A stretch of 61,545 bases of DNA, filler included, from Sluysia triapertura (lineage: Eukaryota), in assembly GCA_046118255.1 (NCBI GenBank). It is 4 parts of 4 records of this genome, joined end to end, with 100 filler letters (N's around TTAATTAATTAA, not from the genome) between each part and the next. Parts side by side here need not be neighbours in the genome. Positions count along the whole stretch, not along the records: positions 15,556 to 29,246 come from JBJNIA010024731.1; positions 29,347 to 40,923 come from JBJNIA010183202.1; 2 more parts are not named here. One strand, given 5' to 3'. A program made the position numbers and the translations under genes. Each line of letters starts with the position of its first letter. Position 1 is the first letter of the stretch. Positions 25,701 to 36,915 of the stretch are shown here, piece after piece. The notes beneath the pieces were generated by a model, which had not been told where the DNA came from, did not search any database, and saw nothing but the letters and a program-made list of their open reading frames with translations.

Positions 25701-27662
25701 AACAGTAAGTTCAGAAACGTGTCCGCAGAAATAGAAACTACGATGAGATATTAAATCAAGAAGTAGTAGTAACTGTTAGTACTATTTCAACCCAATTAGA
25801 CTTATATAATTGGATATGGCAGAAGTCGCAATCATTATGTCATCGTTATGAAAGTTAACGCTATTAGATTCAAATTTATGTTGGTAAACGCGCCTTGTTG
25901 TAATTTATAGTAATCACTGATAGTCTAATCTTAAATTTAAAAGCTTCTTTGTAACATAATCTTAGTATAAGATTAATCTTAGGATCTGCCTTAAAATCGT
26001 ATTCTATTTTATTTGAAATTTATCTAGTAAAAATTCTAAAAAGTTTGATTTGCCTGTAAGTGAGAGACTTACGATTTTGCGAATCGGCTTACCAATATGA
26101 TTTATTAAACATATTTTTTAACTTCTTGTGGAGGTTCTTTCATTGTTTGAGTCGCTTTAAACTTCTTATTAATAGTATCTAATTCACAACTCTCTCTATC
26201 AATAAAGACGATGAAAAAATATTAAAAATTTTTTCATTTTATTAGATGCTTTTAGTTACTATTTTAATCGACCTTAGTCAGCCATTTTGACAGATATAAC
26301 TATACTTAAATAATTTACAAAGAAAATATTATAACGGTATTTAACTCCTTTTGTAGAACTTCATACCCAAATTTAATGAGCGAAAAAAATAATATTTTAA
26401 AATTTATTTTACTGAATTAAATGTTTAAGATGCTTTAATTATCACATAGCTTTTTTTATATTTTGTTTACTCTATCTTACGTTAGTGGTGTTTACGTCTA
26501 TTATATTATATAATTTTTGTTGTATTATAAAACCAATATTCGAGTTTTTGTTATAGTGAACCAATTTTCGTAAATTATTTAAAGCAATTAATGTTAAAGA
26601 GATAAAATTTGAATTGAAGCATTAAAAACATTTAACAAGCCAAATTCAATAGATGAACGAATTAATATATGTAGGTAAAGTTAAATTATACGCTACACGT
26701 TATGACTTTTAGTTACAAACTCACCTACTACACATTTTAAATCGTGTACTGTAGCCGCATTTCGCTAAAATTTATTTTACCGTAAGTTAGTAATAAGAAA
26801 AACCACTGCAAATTTATAGCAATAACATATACTTATTTAAATAACTTTAAAATAAATTTAATTTCAAAATAATGTTCTAAAGATTGTTTTGATTACACAA
26901 CGTGCAGTAGATGAGTCTGTGAGTAGAAGATAAATTGCACTTGGAAACTAGAAATATAAATAAATTAATATTTATTAATTAAATTGTAAATGTAAAATTA
27001 TATAAATAAAAGGAAATCATTATTAATTTGAACTTTAATATTGATAATATTTATTTTACAAATCGACTTAATTGTCAATCAAATATTATTTATTAAATCT
27101 GAATTAAAGTAATAAATTAAAATAAACACTTAATTATTAAAGTCTAAACATTACAATTAAGAATTAGTTAATTAGTCGGTGGGAATTCTTATTCGTAGAA
27201 ACTAATAAGTATTCTAATCGTCTAATATTGTATCTTTTTCTTTATTAATAATTTCTTACTGATTCTTAACTTGTTTATTTATGGAATTTTTTGGCGATAA
27301 TCTAAATAATATTTATAATAATTTATTTTTAAATGGCCAGTAAGTAATTTTCTTTCTTTTATTTTGTTTTTCAGAATTTCAGTACAAATAATTAACCAAT
27401 CAGATTAATTATTTTATTTATTTTTAGATTTTTGGGTTCGTAATTTCCTATAATAATAATTATTATTATTATTAATTTTATTTTTCTTATTATTATTCTT
27501 TTTCGGATAATAACGCTTATTTATAGTGCCATCTTTTTGTTTTATGAGATTAAAAGGTCTTATAAATCTATTTTAAATTTGGAAAAGCTAACATTGTTTG
27601 ATTCATTATAATAGTAATAATAATTATTATTTTATTAATATTATTCTTATATTATTTACGTT

Positions 27663-28048
27663 TTTTAGAATTCAGAAAATTGACTGACCGGGATTCGAAC
27701 CCTGGACCTCTCTCTGCGCAGTTCGATGATTAAAAACATGTATTAATATAATAGTTTTAGTCTCTTTTTTAGAGAAGGAAGGTCTTCTTGTGCGGGGCAA
27801 TTTTCTTTCTTCTTTCAGGAACCTTGCAGGACATGGTGGCGGTATGCGTTGTTCGAGGACTCTACAGTTAGTCGTATCAGGGTCTTGATTTCGGAATCCA
27901 TTAACCCCAAGGCATTTTAGTTGTTCCTGCAGTTTGTCCTGGAGATCAGCATACTTCGCAGTATCCACTGAGCTATGAGCCCCATCTAACAATTTTAGAT
28001 TATTATAGTCAATTATACTAAATGGCATTTTGGGCCTGTATCCCAAAA
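27663..28048 (-). mobile_element. tRNA-containing LTR-like repeat (family A) interrupted by a 233-bp insertion
   Basis: The 5' half (28048-27962) ends at CTCAGTGGATA; the 3' half resumes at CATCGAACTGCGCAG (27728-27663). Confidence 0.85.
27729..27961 (-). mobile_element. Probable 3' end of an RLE-type (R2/R4/NeSL group) non-LTR retrotransposon
   Basis: GC-richer insert encoding AKYADLQDKLQEQLKCLGV, reminiscent of the K-x2-KY-x2-L...G-x-LG restriction-like endonuclease tail, followed by an AT-rich 3' end. Confidence 0.4.
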
Positions 28049-28536
28049 CATTATTGTTATTAATATTATAACACTAATATTATTAATAGTAGTAGTATTA
28101 TTATTACTTAAATAAATTTTGACACACTGCTAGTTTAAATCTACCTAATAGGCATGCCATATTACAACTTGACAATTATATTTGAAGCCATTTATGTTAA
28201 TCCGAGGATGTATTATTAAATGTGAAATATGTATGTTATTAGATGGAGTATTTAAATTATGTAACTAAAAGCATTTGTATATTATTTGTAGTGCAGATTT
28301 ATTAAAACGTGTAAGCAACTGCATATTTCGTAAAATAAACTCACTTCCTTGCATATTTACGACTGCTTAGTTTCAACCGAACTTTCAGCTTCGTATAACA
28401 ATTTTAATTATGGAAATTTTTAATCAATCCAATACATCCAATAGAATAAGTTTTTCATTTATGAAGAAGTAAAAATAGGGGAATTAAGTCTTAATTTTCG
28501 AAACAAAAACAAAATATATAATTAAATACATGAAAC

Positions 28537-28860
28537 TGTTGGGATACAAGCCTAAAGTGCCATTTAGTATAACTGACTATAATAATCTAAAAATTTTTAA
28601 ACGGGGCTAATATCTCAGTGGGTAAAGCAGCGAGAGGTTCCAGGCTCGATCCCCTATCAATCCATTTTATGAAGTCCAGCATTTGGTGAGCTCACACATC
28701 GAATACCTTTCTGGTGTTGAATTAAATGATTTATAAGATGTTTCAGATTAAAGATAATTGAATTGGGAGATATATAATGGGATACATGCCTACAGTGCCA
28801 TTTAGTATAATTGACTGCAATAATCTAAAATTGTTGCACGGGCTGATACCTCAGTGGATA
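28537..28860 (+). mobile_element. Two-LTR TRIM-like element with tRNA-derived LTRs: LTR1 28537-28681, PBS-like site from 28684, PPT-like site ~28760-28770, truncated LTR2 28775-28860
   Basis: TGTTGGGATACAAGCC...GAAGTCCAGCA, then TT TGGTGAGCTCAC, a 93-bp interior ending GGGAGATATA, then a direct repeat TAATGGGATACATGCC...CTCAGTGGATA. Confidence 0.75.
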
Positions 28861-29246
28861 TCCTTAGTCTTAATTTCAGTCCACAGAACATACGTCTCCA
28901 TCTTCCAGTAACATGTCGTGGTGTTTAAACTCATTTATCGTTCATGCTGGTTTAATACTAGAAACAAAATCATACATAAATCTGTAATAAAAATGTTGGG
29001 ATTAGTGAAGGATAAGGGTTGATATAAGGGTTAAAACATAGGATAACAGAATAAGTTGAACGTTATTAAAGAACTAAGACAAGATATTATGGTGAACTGT
29101 AATGGTGGGATAAGCATATAAAATAATTAAATCAAGATAAAATAATGAAACATTACGGGGTTTTATCTATTAAAATATTAAAGTACATTTGTTAATTAAT
29201 TTAATTATAATTTGTTTAATTTCATAAGTCAATAAAAATGTTTGCT

Positions 29247-29346
29247 NNNNNNNNNNNNNNNNNNNNNNNNNNNNNNNNNNNNNNNNNNNNTTAATTAATT
29301 AANNNNNNNNNNNNNNNNNNNNNNNNNNNNNNNNNNNNNNNNNNNN
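29247..29346. other. Artificial contig spacer
   Basis: 44N-TTAATTAATTAA-44N. Confidence 0.97.
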
Positions 29347-30200
29347 TTGTATTTTATTGTTTATGAAATGAGTTGAGTGGTGTTTTATGTTTGAAGGGTG
29401 TGATGAGTGGTGTTGTTTTATGTGCTGAATTTTTATTTTATTATTGAGTTAAGGGGTTGGCCACTACAAATGGTGATATTGAAGTAAATATTATGCGAAA
29501 TATTGAGATCGATATTAATTATTTATCAATCATTATTATGTTTATTAAATTTAATGAAACTTCGTTTTTCAGTTTGGCAGATATTAATAAAAATGAGTCA
29601 GTTTTATCAATAACAAATAAAACTTCAACTGAAAAAATAAAATTACTAATAACGTTTGTAAAATTGAATTTATGCAAATTAAGCGAAAAATAATGAGTTT
29701 TTGAATCAGATCTAAATAAAATTAAACTCATGTTAACTAGAATTTAAGAATGTTAATGATGTCTTGAAAAATCAATTCAAGTACTCCAGTGTGTAAAACT
29801 ATAACAAATAAATGCTAGTTAGCTAAATATCGGTTGGCTGAATTAAACGAATAATATTTTTAGTTATCGCACAAGAAACTACTTGCTATTTTCAATTTTA
29901 TTCTCACTCGAGTCAACAACAAAACATGATGCTAGTAGTTATCAGTCAGCAGTATTAAATGATTTAGATGATTTATGCGGAAAATTTGCGTAAAGTTCGG
30001 CCAGTACACCTGGAGCGAATACAAATCTCAATTTTCTATCTGATAAAATAAATCAATTAAAATTATATATCGATGAAAGTAGAAGAAAATGGTCCCATTG
30101 AACATTTCCAAAATAATCTCATGAACTATCTGTGATAGATGGAGGACTTCAAGATCATCTTGCATGATAGTCGTGTTTTAGAAATAATCCCTACTTAAAA
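29347..30200 (+). mobile_element. 3' end of a family B LTR (to 29468), PBS-like site and decayed internal region
   Basis: ...GGGGTTGGCCACTACA AA TGGTGATATTG: CA end, 2-nt spacer, TGG. Followed by broken coding-like sequence. Confidence 0.55.
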
Positions 30201-31332
30201 GTATGACAATAAGAAACAATAAGAAGAAAATGACATTGTTGACGATAATAGAATTATTCTGAAACGAAGTGTAAACAATTCTTAGAGAAAACAAAAGTGA
30301 TAGTACCAAAGTGGCAGTACTTAATATTATTTTATTAATATTATTTTAAAATGAAGATGTCCTTCTGATTCAATGAAAGCTCAATTTGCATCCGCATACT
30401 CCAAATATGTGAAAGATAGTTTAAATTTAATCATTTTTATTACTTTTATATCCATATGTGGTTTATCTTAGATACATGTGTCATTTGTCATTTGTTATTT
30501 GTCCAGGGAAGCCGAACCCCATTTTTCGTAAAAGTGAAGGTGATGCGTTTAAAAAATAATAATGAAATAAAATGTCAGGTTGAAAGAAATCTGAGTCGGA
30601 GACTAGTATCTCACTCTGACGTACATCAAAATGATAATAAATGTAATATTTGAAACTAATAAAGTTTTGAGAAACTCGATAATAAACACGATTCATGATG
30701 AAACAAAAAGATCAAGCATTTCTAACATTTACTTCACTATAGTAAGACTTGATTTTAAAGTACATGTAAATATTAGTAAGGTTTTGTCTTACATTCTAAC
30801 AGATATTTAACTCATCATGAAGTCGAAAATACTTTAAGAATTAATCATTGTTACAATCACTTGATAATGCATGTTCATACCATCCTACTGATAAACATAT
30901 AGCTCTTATTTTTGTTGATTAATTTAAAAATGATGACATTCAAACATTTATTGTTGATTATTGATTATTCTGATAATTCTCCCTTTCATTTATTTTGAAT
31001 ACTTTATAATGATCCAAAAACACAAATTACAAAAGTATTTAATGATATTTGTTATTTAAACGTGTCTTGGAGTTTGTTTTTCGAATATGAATATTTCTCT
31101 AGGTTCTCTTTTATCTCAGAAAATCAGAACGAAATAACTGAAAAAGAAATTTAGAAAAAAACCTTTGTCGAGGGTTAATAACATTTTATTTAATCGGTAA
31201 TCCATAAATATATGCATAGTGATCATTCAACTGAAATTCGAACTAATATCTTCTTTGTGTTTTTGGTATCACTTTTGACATCATACATCTTTATTTCAGG
31301 GTTCTGTTAGTCCTATTATTCGTTGTGTATCT

Positions 31333-31532
31333 ATGAAATTTATCCAATATTTTATCAATATCACTTTTATATTGTATATTTTCATTAAGAATTCTCATTC
31401 TAAAGCTAATCCATGTCGACTAATGTTCACAGAAGACAATGAATTGCAACCTACAGGTTGTTTCGCTCCTGACTTATCAGATATTACCATCAAATTATTA
31501 ACCAATAACGATTTGGATATAACATTGATTGG
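31333..31532 (+). CDS. Possible first coding exon of a secreted protein
   Basis: Hydrophobic N-terminus MKFIQYFINITFILYIFIKNSHS, TTTCAG acceptor at 31299 and GTAATT donor at 31533. Downstream exons not established. Confidence 0.35.
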
Positions 31533-31882
31533 GTAATTTATTTTTTATATATTAATTTTAACATGTTAATCCTATTGCTTGTATCCATGTGTCACATACA
31601 AAACACTGCACAACGTGTTAAAACGTCATTTAAAAATATATGTGGTGGGACGTGCATAGTTAGAAGACTGCGTGCTAATTTGTCAATAAGCGATACAAAT
31701 TAATTTGCATTATTTTTAAAAGATAGAGCGTAAAGAAATGTTTATACTGGATTTATTGATATACGTTTTTACTTTTTCACAAATTCAATGTTTAGTAGGA
31801 AAAGTTGTTAAGTTTTTGAAATATCTACACAAGTATTTTTATTAGATCTTTATGTGTATCATCAAAATTTGATGCATATTAA

Positions 31883-31954
31883 CACATTATAAGCGGGTAT
31901 TCTTAAGTGACAGTACATAAAACGGGTACTAATACCCGCCCCGCTCATAATGTG
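31883..31954. mobile_element. 72-bp piggyBac-type MITE
   Basis: TTAA|CACATTATAAGCGGG ... CCCGCTCATAATGTG|TTAA: 15-bp TIR with one mismatch and TTAA on both sides. Confidence 0.85.
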
Positions 31955-33241
31955 TTAAATTTAGTAAGAATTAAAAATTTCATACCGAAATAAGAATATT
32001 TTTAAGCGAATTTTCTGGTTATAATGATATGCAAAATAGTGGAGATATATCTTGATTTGTAGCCATCATATGTCTTTCTTATTTTATGGCATTAATATAA
32101 AAATAACAATAAATAAAGTTTGTAAGAAATTAACAAAATAAATCACTTTAAATATTGGTCTGTTATACTAAGTTATTTTACTAAGAAGAAACAAAATTTA
32201 ATGTATTAATATTATAAAATTACTAAATTTAAAATCTATTATTGTAAATAATATCAATCATTATATAGTTAATTTGTGTTTTATTTATATATTTATAGTT
32301 ATATAAACTAAATGCATATTTAATGTAAAAATAGATACTACAATCATTAATCTTGAATCGAATGAATTATTTTCTATATTTACAGTACTATTATAGTTTA
32401 ATTACATTAATTTTAATAGTATTTAATTTTATTTTACATATATTATAAGTTAATAATTTTAACATTTATTTTTCAAAATTAATGTTTAATTAAATAAATT
32501 AATTTAATAAACTAAAGAAAAATTTAGAAATTTGAAAATGGAAAAGAAATATATTCATAAAATAATAAAAGTAAAAAGGAGCTATAGAATACGAAAGACA
32601 TCATAGAAATGAAAAGATATGGATAAACTATAACATTATAAAATGAAAGCAGATGTAAATATAACTGTAGCACACATATATAACTATAATGTAGAAAATA
32701 ACAAATAAATGCAATGGATAAAATATATCCAGAATTATATTATCAAATGCACTTAAATATTATATAGAGAAAATTGGTCATATAGAGGTAAAAATATATA
32801 GAATAAGATTAAACTTAAAGTACAATATAAGTAAAAATATAATTAAAAATATAATTTATTTGTTTTTCTTTTTTATAAAATCGACTTTAGTTACATAATT
32901 TTAAAATTTTATCTGAATTTCCATCTCTTACATCAGAAATGAGTTAGAACTACGATTTTCTATGCAGAAATTGTTTATATTAAGGTTTTAAATTAATTTA
33001 ATATTAGTCAAAATATTGTAACGATTTAAGTTATTTATTATTTATTAATTATTATTTTAATTAATTAATTATTATTAAGTTATTTATTATTTTAAATTAT
33101 TTATTATAAATTTCAATCAGAAAAATATCAAAAGAATTAAAAATAAAAGTTTTATTTTTCTAAAGTTTATGAATAATTTTAAGGTGAGTAAGTACCATTA
33201 ATTATTAGTAAAGAATATGTACAAAGGCAATTTTAAAATAA

Positions 33242-33388
33242 TGTTAGACTTCATAAAATGGACTGACCGGGGATCGAACCCGGGACCTCTGGCTGCGCAG
33301 TTCGATGCTCTACCATTAAGCTATCAGCCCCGTCTAACAATTTTATTTTATTATAGTCAATTTTACCAAATGGAACTTTAAGCGTTTA
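33242..33388 (-). mobile_element. tRNA-containing LTR-like repeat (family A), 5' end lost; tRNA-like core 33259-33330
   Basis: Perfect TGTTAGAC...GTCTAACA inverted repeat around the core GGGCTGATAGCTTAATGGTAGAGC...GGTTCGATCCCCGGTCAGTCCA. Confidence 0.88.
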
Positions 33389-33499
33389 TTATTATTATTA
33401 TTGGATTATTATTATTAGATTTTCGAGTATGTTATGATTTAGATAAGGAGAACGTGTAAGATAAAAAAGAAAAAAGTATAGTGAGTGATTCTACAATAA

Positions 33500-33960
33500 C
33501 TAATCAGGATCTTCTTAATCAGAATTTAAAAACAAATTTTTTCGAATATAGTTATTACACAGAATCCTTAGGATGGACCCAAAATGAATAATGCTAAAAA
33601 TTTGCTTAATATTTAACAGGACATGTTTCAAATGCATTTAAGTTTACTCCAGAATCAGGAAAACATGATTGGGGCAAATCGATGATGATATCAGAAATTT
33701 TTGAGTAAAAGATTTTTTAGGAAAATAATATAAAAAAGAGAATAAACAGTTACAAAAAAATTGCGAGAAATTTATTACATGCTTCAAATGTTGAGAGATA
33801 CAAGTCTACATGAGAAAAGTTGGAAAATTTTCCAAAAATAAAAGTGTCAGCTACGACAATAATATATCAAGATTATTATATCAATTTACTAGATCAAATT
33901 GAAACCAAACTAAAATCTTGCTAGGATGGATGACAAAGATGATCAATTATTTGACCAAAA
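33500..33960 (+). mobile_element. Decayed Ty3/Gypsy gag fragment
   Basis: FFEYSYYTESLGWTQNE...YLTGHVSNAFKFTPESGKHDW fits the FE...W...L-x-G-x-A...W capsid pattern; stops present. Confidence 0.5.
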
Positions 33961-34836
33961 GTGCGGGTAGTTCAAAAGAAATATTTGTAGGAGAACTTGA
34001 TGAGAATTTATGAATGACTGGGCCGCCACAGTGTGAATGAACACCATTATTAATACTGCCAAACTTAAGCGCCAGAGTTCTACTTTTCTCTAATTCTTTC
34101 TTGTGTCTACTCAACATTTATAAATATTCTGATTCATATAGCGCTTTTTTATTAACTTCAGACTTAACGAAATTTGTAAAATTCTTGGGTTAAATGGACC
34201 TAACTTAATCAAATTAACGAATTATATTTTTTCTCAAGGACCAGCAGAACAAGAAGAAGATCACCGATCACATTTAATACTGATTTTTTGTGTTAACCCA
34301 GAACTCAGAATCATGATATTGACTGAAAGTGGAATATTTCCTTGTAACTAAATTAAATATTATTAATATTAATATAATTAAATTATAATATACTGTAAAT
34401 ATAGAAAATAATTCATTCATTTCAAGATTAATGATTATAGTATCTATTTTTACATTAAATATGCATTTGTATTTTGAATGGCTTATTAGTTTACGATTCA
34501 ATAAACAAATAAAAATTAAAAAATGTTTTTTATTTAATACAAGTCTTGCGTTAATTTTGAGGCACTCTTTATATAAATAAAAATACAAATTAACCATATG
34601 ATGATTGATATTATTTACAATAATATTTTTTAAATTTGATAATTTTATAATATTTATATATTATATTTTGTTTTTTAGTAAAATAATTTAAGTATAGCAG
34701 GTCAATATTTAAAATAATTAATTTTGTTAATTTCTTAAAACTTTATTTATTGCCATTTTTCTTTTAATGTCATAAAATAAGAAAGATAATAGATGACAAT
34801 AAATCAAGATGCGACTCTATTGTTATTCTTATTTTT

Positions 34837-35098
34837 ACCGAACTTCCTCAAATATAGGCCCACCTAAAAAAGCACAAGAATGTGAAATTTTGGAAAATTT
34901 AAAAATTCCAAATATAAGGTTGCCATGTCATTAAGAATTTTTCATTAAGAATTCATTAAGAATTTTTGATGATAGATTAACACAAAATATAAATAAATAA
35001 TCCTATAATTTCTTATTTTTTCAAAATACAAAAAATGTACTCGAATATAAGCCTATTAATTAATTTCATCCATGAGCTTATTTTCGAGTAGGCTTATG
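34837..35098. mobile_element. pogo-type MITE remnant
   Basis: Repeated (C)TCGAATATAAG(C)C-like motifs at the left and inverted GCTTATTTTCGAG at the right. Confidence 0.45.
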
Positions 35099-36659
35099 TA
35101 TTTTGTGCTTCAATAATTTAATAAAACTCATTGGAACTATTTTCAGTTCGAATATCGAAACTCAAAATAGTCAGAGATTAATTTCTATCACTATATTAAA
35201 TATTATGTTTTAATTTCGGACGAGAATGATCTACCCAAATAAAAAATAAGAAATCTTATAGAATAAATGTTGATATATTTTATTCGGAAACGAAAATCTG
35301 GGCACATCTGAACCATCTTCGATCTTTTGCTGGAATCTTCTGATACGTTACATTATTAGCAGAATTATCAAGATTCTACACAATTTTAAGTACATATAGA
35401 AAGATCATGCAACGGAAAACCTCAGTGAGGCGGATACTGTTATTTCAAATTCCGTACTGCCTTCGGAACTTCTAATGATTAGTAATCTTACAGTAAGTGG
35501 TCACAATATTTCAATGAGATGAAAATATTATGCTTTGTATATGTTACTTAATCGTCTTATTTGAGTTGCATATTCCTAAATTTATATATGAATAAATGAA
35601 TTTACATAACAAAAGATTTGTCAGACGAAAAAAGTGTGTGTAACTATAGAAACTTTAAGGAAAACGACAGAAATTGCTGAATATTAATTTATTTAATATT
35701 TGTGTTACTTCTAATACACATTTTCTTAAATTTAGTTCCGTAGGTAATGTAAAAATACCGATAACAAAACTGTTTACAAACCTTCAAAATCTTGTTCAAT
35801 TTCGTTTGTCATTAAAGAAAATCAAATACAAAAAACAATTATTTCAACAAGCACTAATGGTTTCGCAAAAAGAAGAAGTTTTATTGATTAATGACTGGAA
35901 CTTATTGACGTTAGTTGTACTATTTTTATAACGAATTTGTTAATTTATGATTGGTTCGAATTTAATGTTTAAATTTTCTACTCAATTCAATTTCTATCAT
36001 AGCGCACGAATATTTCGTTATTGGAGAGATGTAGATACTCGACTAGTTTACAAAATGCAATGATACCAATGGTACCAAGTGTAAATTTCACTAGTTATTT
36101 TCTAGTAATATGTTACATGAAGATTGTTATGACTTCCTCACTTTTTAAATAAATCTGTTTAATGAAAAAATTAACTTTTTTATGGATCAAATGGCACGCA
36201 TTGCGTACCTACTTTTTCTCTTTTAATAACTGCAACTTCTAAATAAAATGCAGCCGTTAAAATAATGGGGTCATATCACGTGCTCCATGAAAGTATTAAA
36301 ATAGTTCCGGTTGGTTAATACGAATTTAATTTTCTGTATTTTTGAATTCCGGCGAGTTGATTAGTCGAAATAATTTATTGTTGACCTTTTAAATATTTCT
36401 GATAAGACTTAACGACACGAAACATTTCATCATTGAAAACTTAAATTTTTATTGTTTGTAAGAAAGAATATATATCACATTCCCTGCGTAACGAAGTTAC
36501 ATATTGTCTGAATCTTGAAAATTAAATAAATTAAAAATAACAGATTAAATAAAATGACTCACACTTCCAATAATAATAGTAATAATAATAGCTAATAATA
36601 ATAATAATGGTAATAGTAATAATTATAATAATGTTAAATAAATATAAAATAAAAGATAA

Positions 36660-36915
36660 ATTGTTTCAAGAACTCTAATACTCAAGAAAGGATTGAAAAA
36701 TCTGAAAAGGGGAAAAATATTTAAAAAACTACAAAGTAACGAAATTGGAATAATAAGAATGAGATTGGAAAATGCCACATTTATTTAGACAGAAGAAAAA
36801 GCTACGGATTGAATAGAAACATCATAGAAATGAAAAACAAATACTGGCATACACACATTAGTGCAGATTAACAAATCAGATGTAAATAAATTATATGTGT
36901 TGAAGAAATTGTCCA
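36660..36915 (+). mobile_element. R4/Dong-like non-LTR reverse transcriptase fragment; related copy at ~32520-32830
   Basis: LNRNIIEMKNKYWHTHISAD...KSDVNKLYV resembles LDRK-x-R...HHPKADVDRLY. Lies just after a degenerate (TAA)n tract. ACATCATAGAAATGAAAA and CAGATGTAAATA are shared with the ~32600 copy. Confidence 0.45.

Larger units (their letters stand above)
32045..34815. repeat. Long inverted repeat pair (~32045-32430 and ~34348-34815)
   Basis: AAATGCATATTTAATGTAAAAATAGATACTA...TACAGTA and TCTTTCTTATTTTATG...ATCAATCAT occur reverse-complemented in the second arm, which carries about 100 extra bp. Confidence 0.9.

Noticed and set aside
27672-28046. 124-aa ORF as a real gene
   Set aside because: It is a chance read-through of LTR sequence, the insert and the tRNA-like 3' half.
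28994-29100. Third LTR starting TGTTGGGAT after the TRIM
   Set aside because: Similarity to family A stops after 9 bp and no matching end could be established.
34274-34597. 107-aa ORF
   Set aside because: It lies in an AT-rich inverted-repeat arm and has low-complexity I/L/N/K composition.
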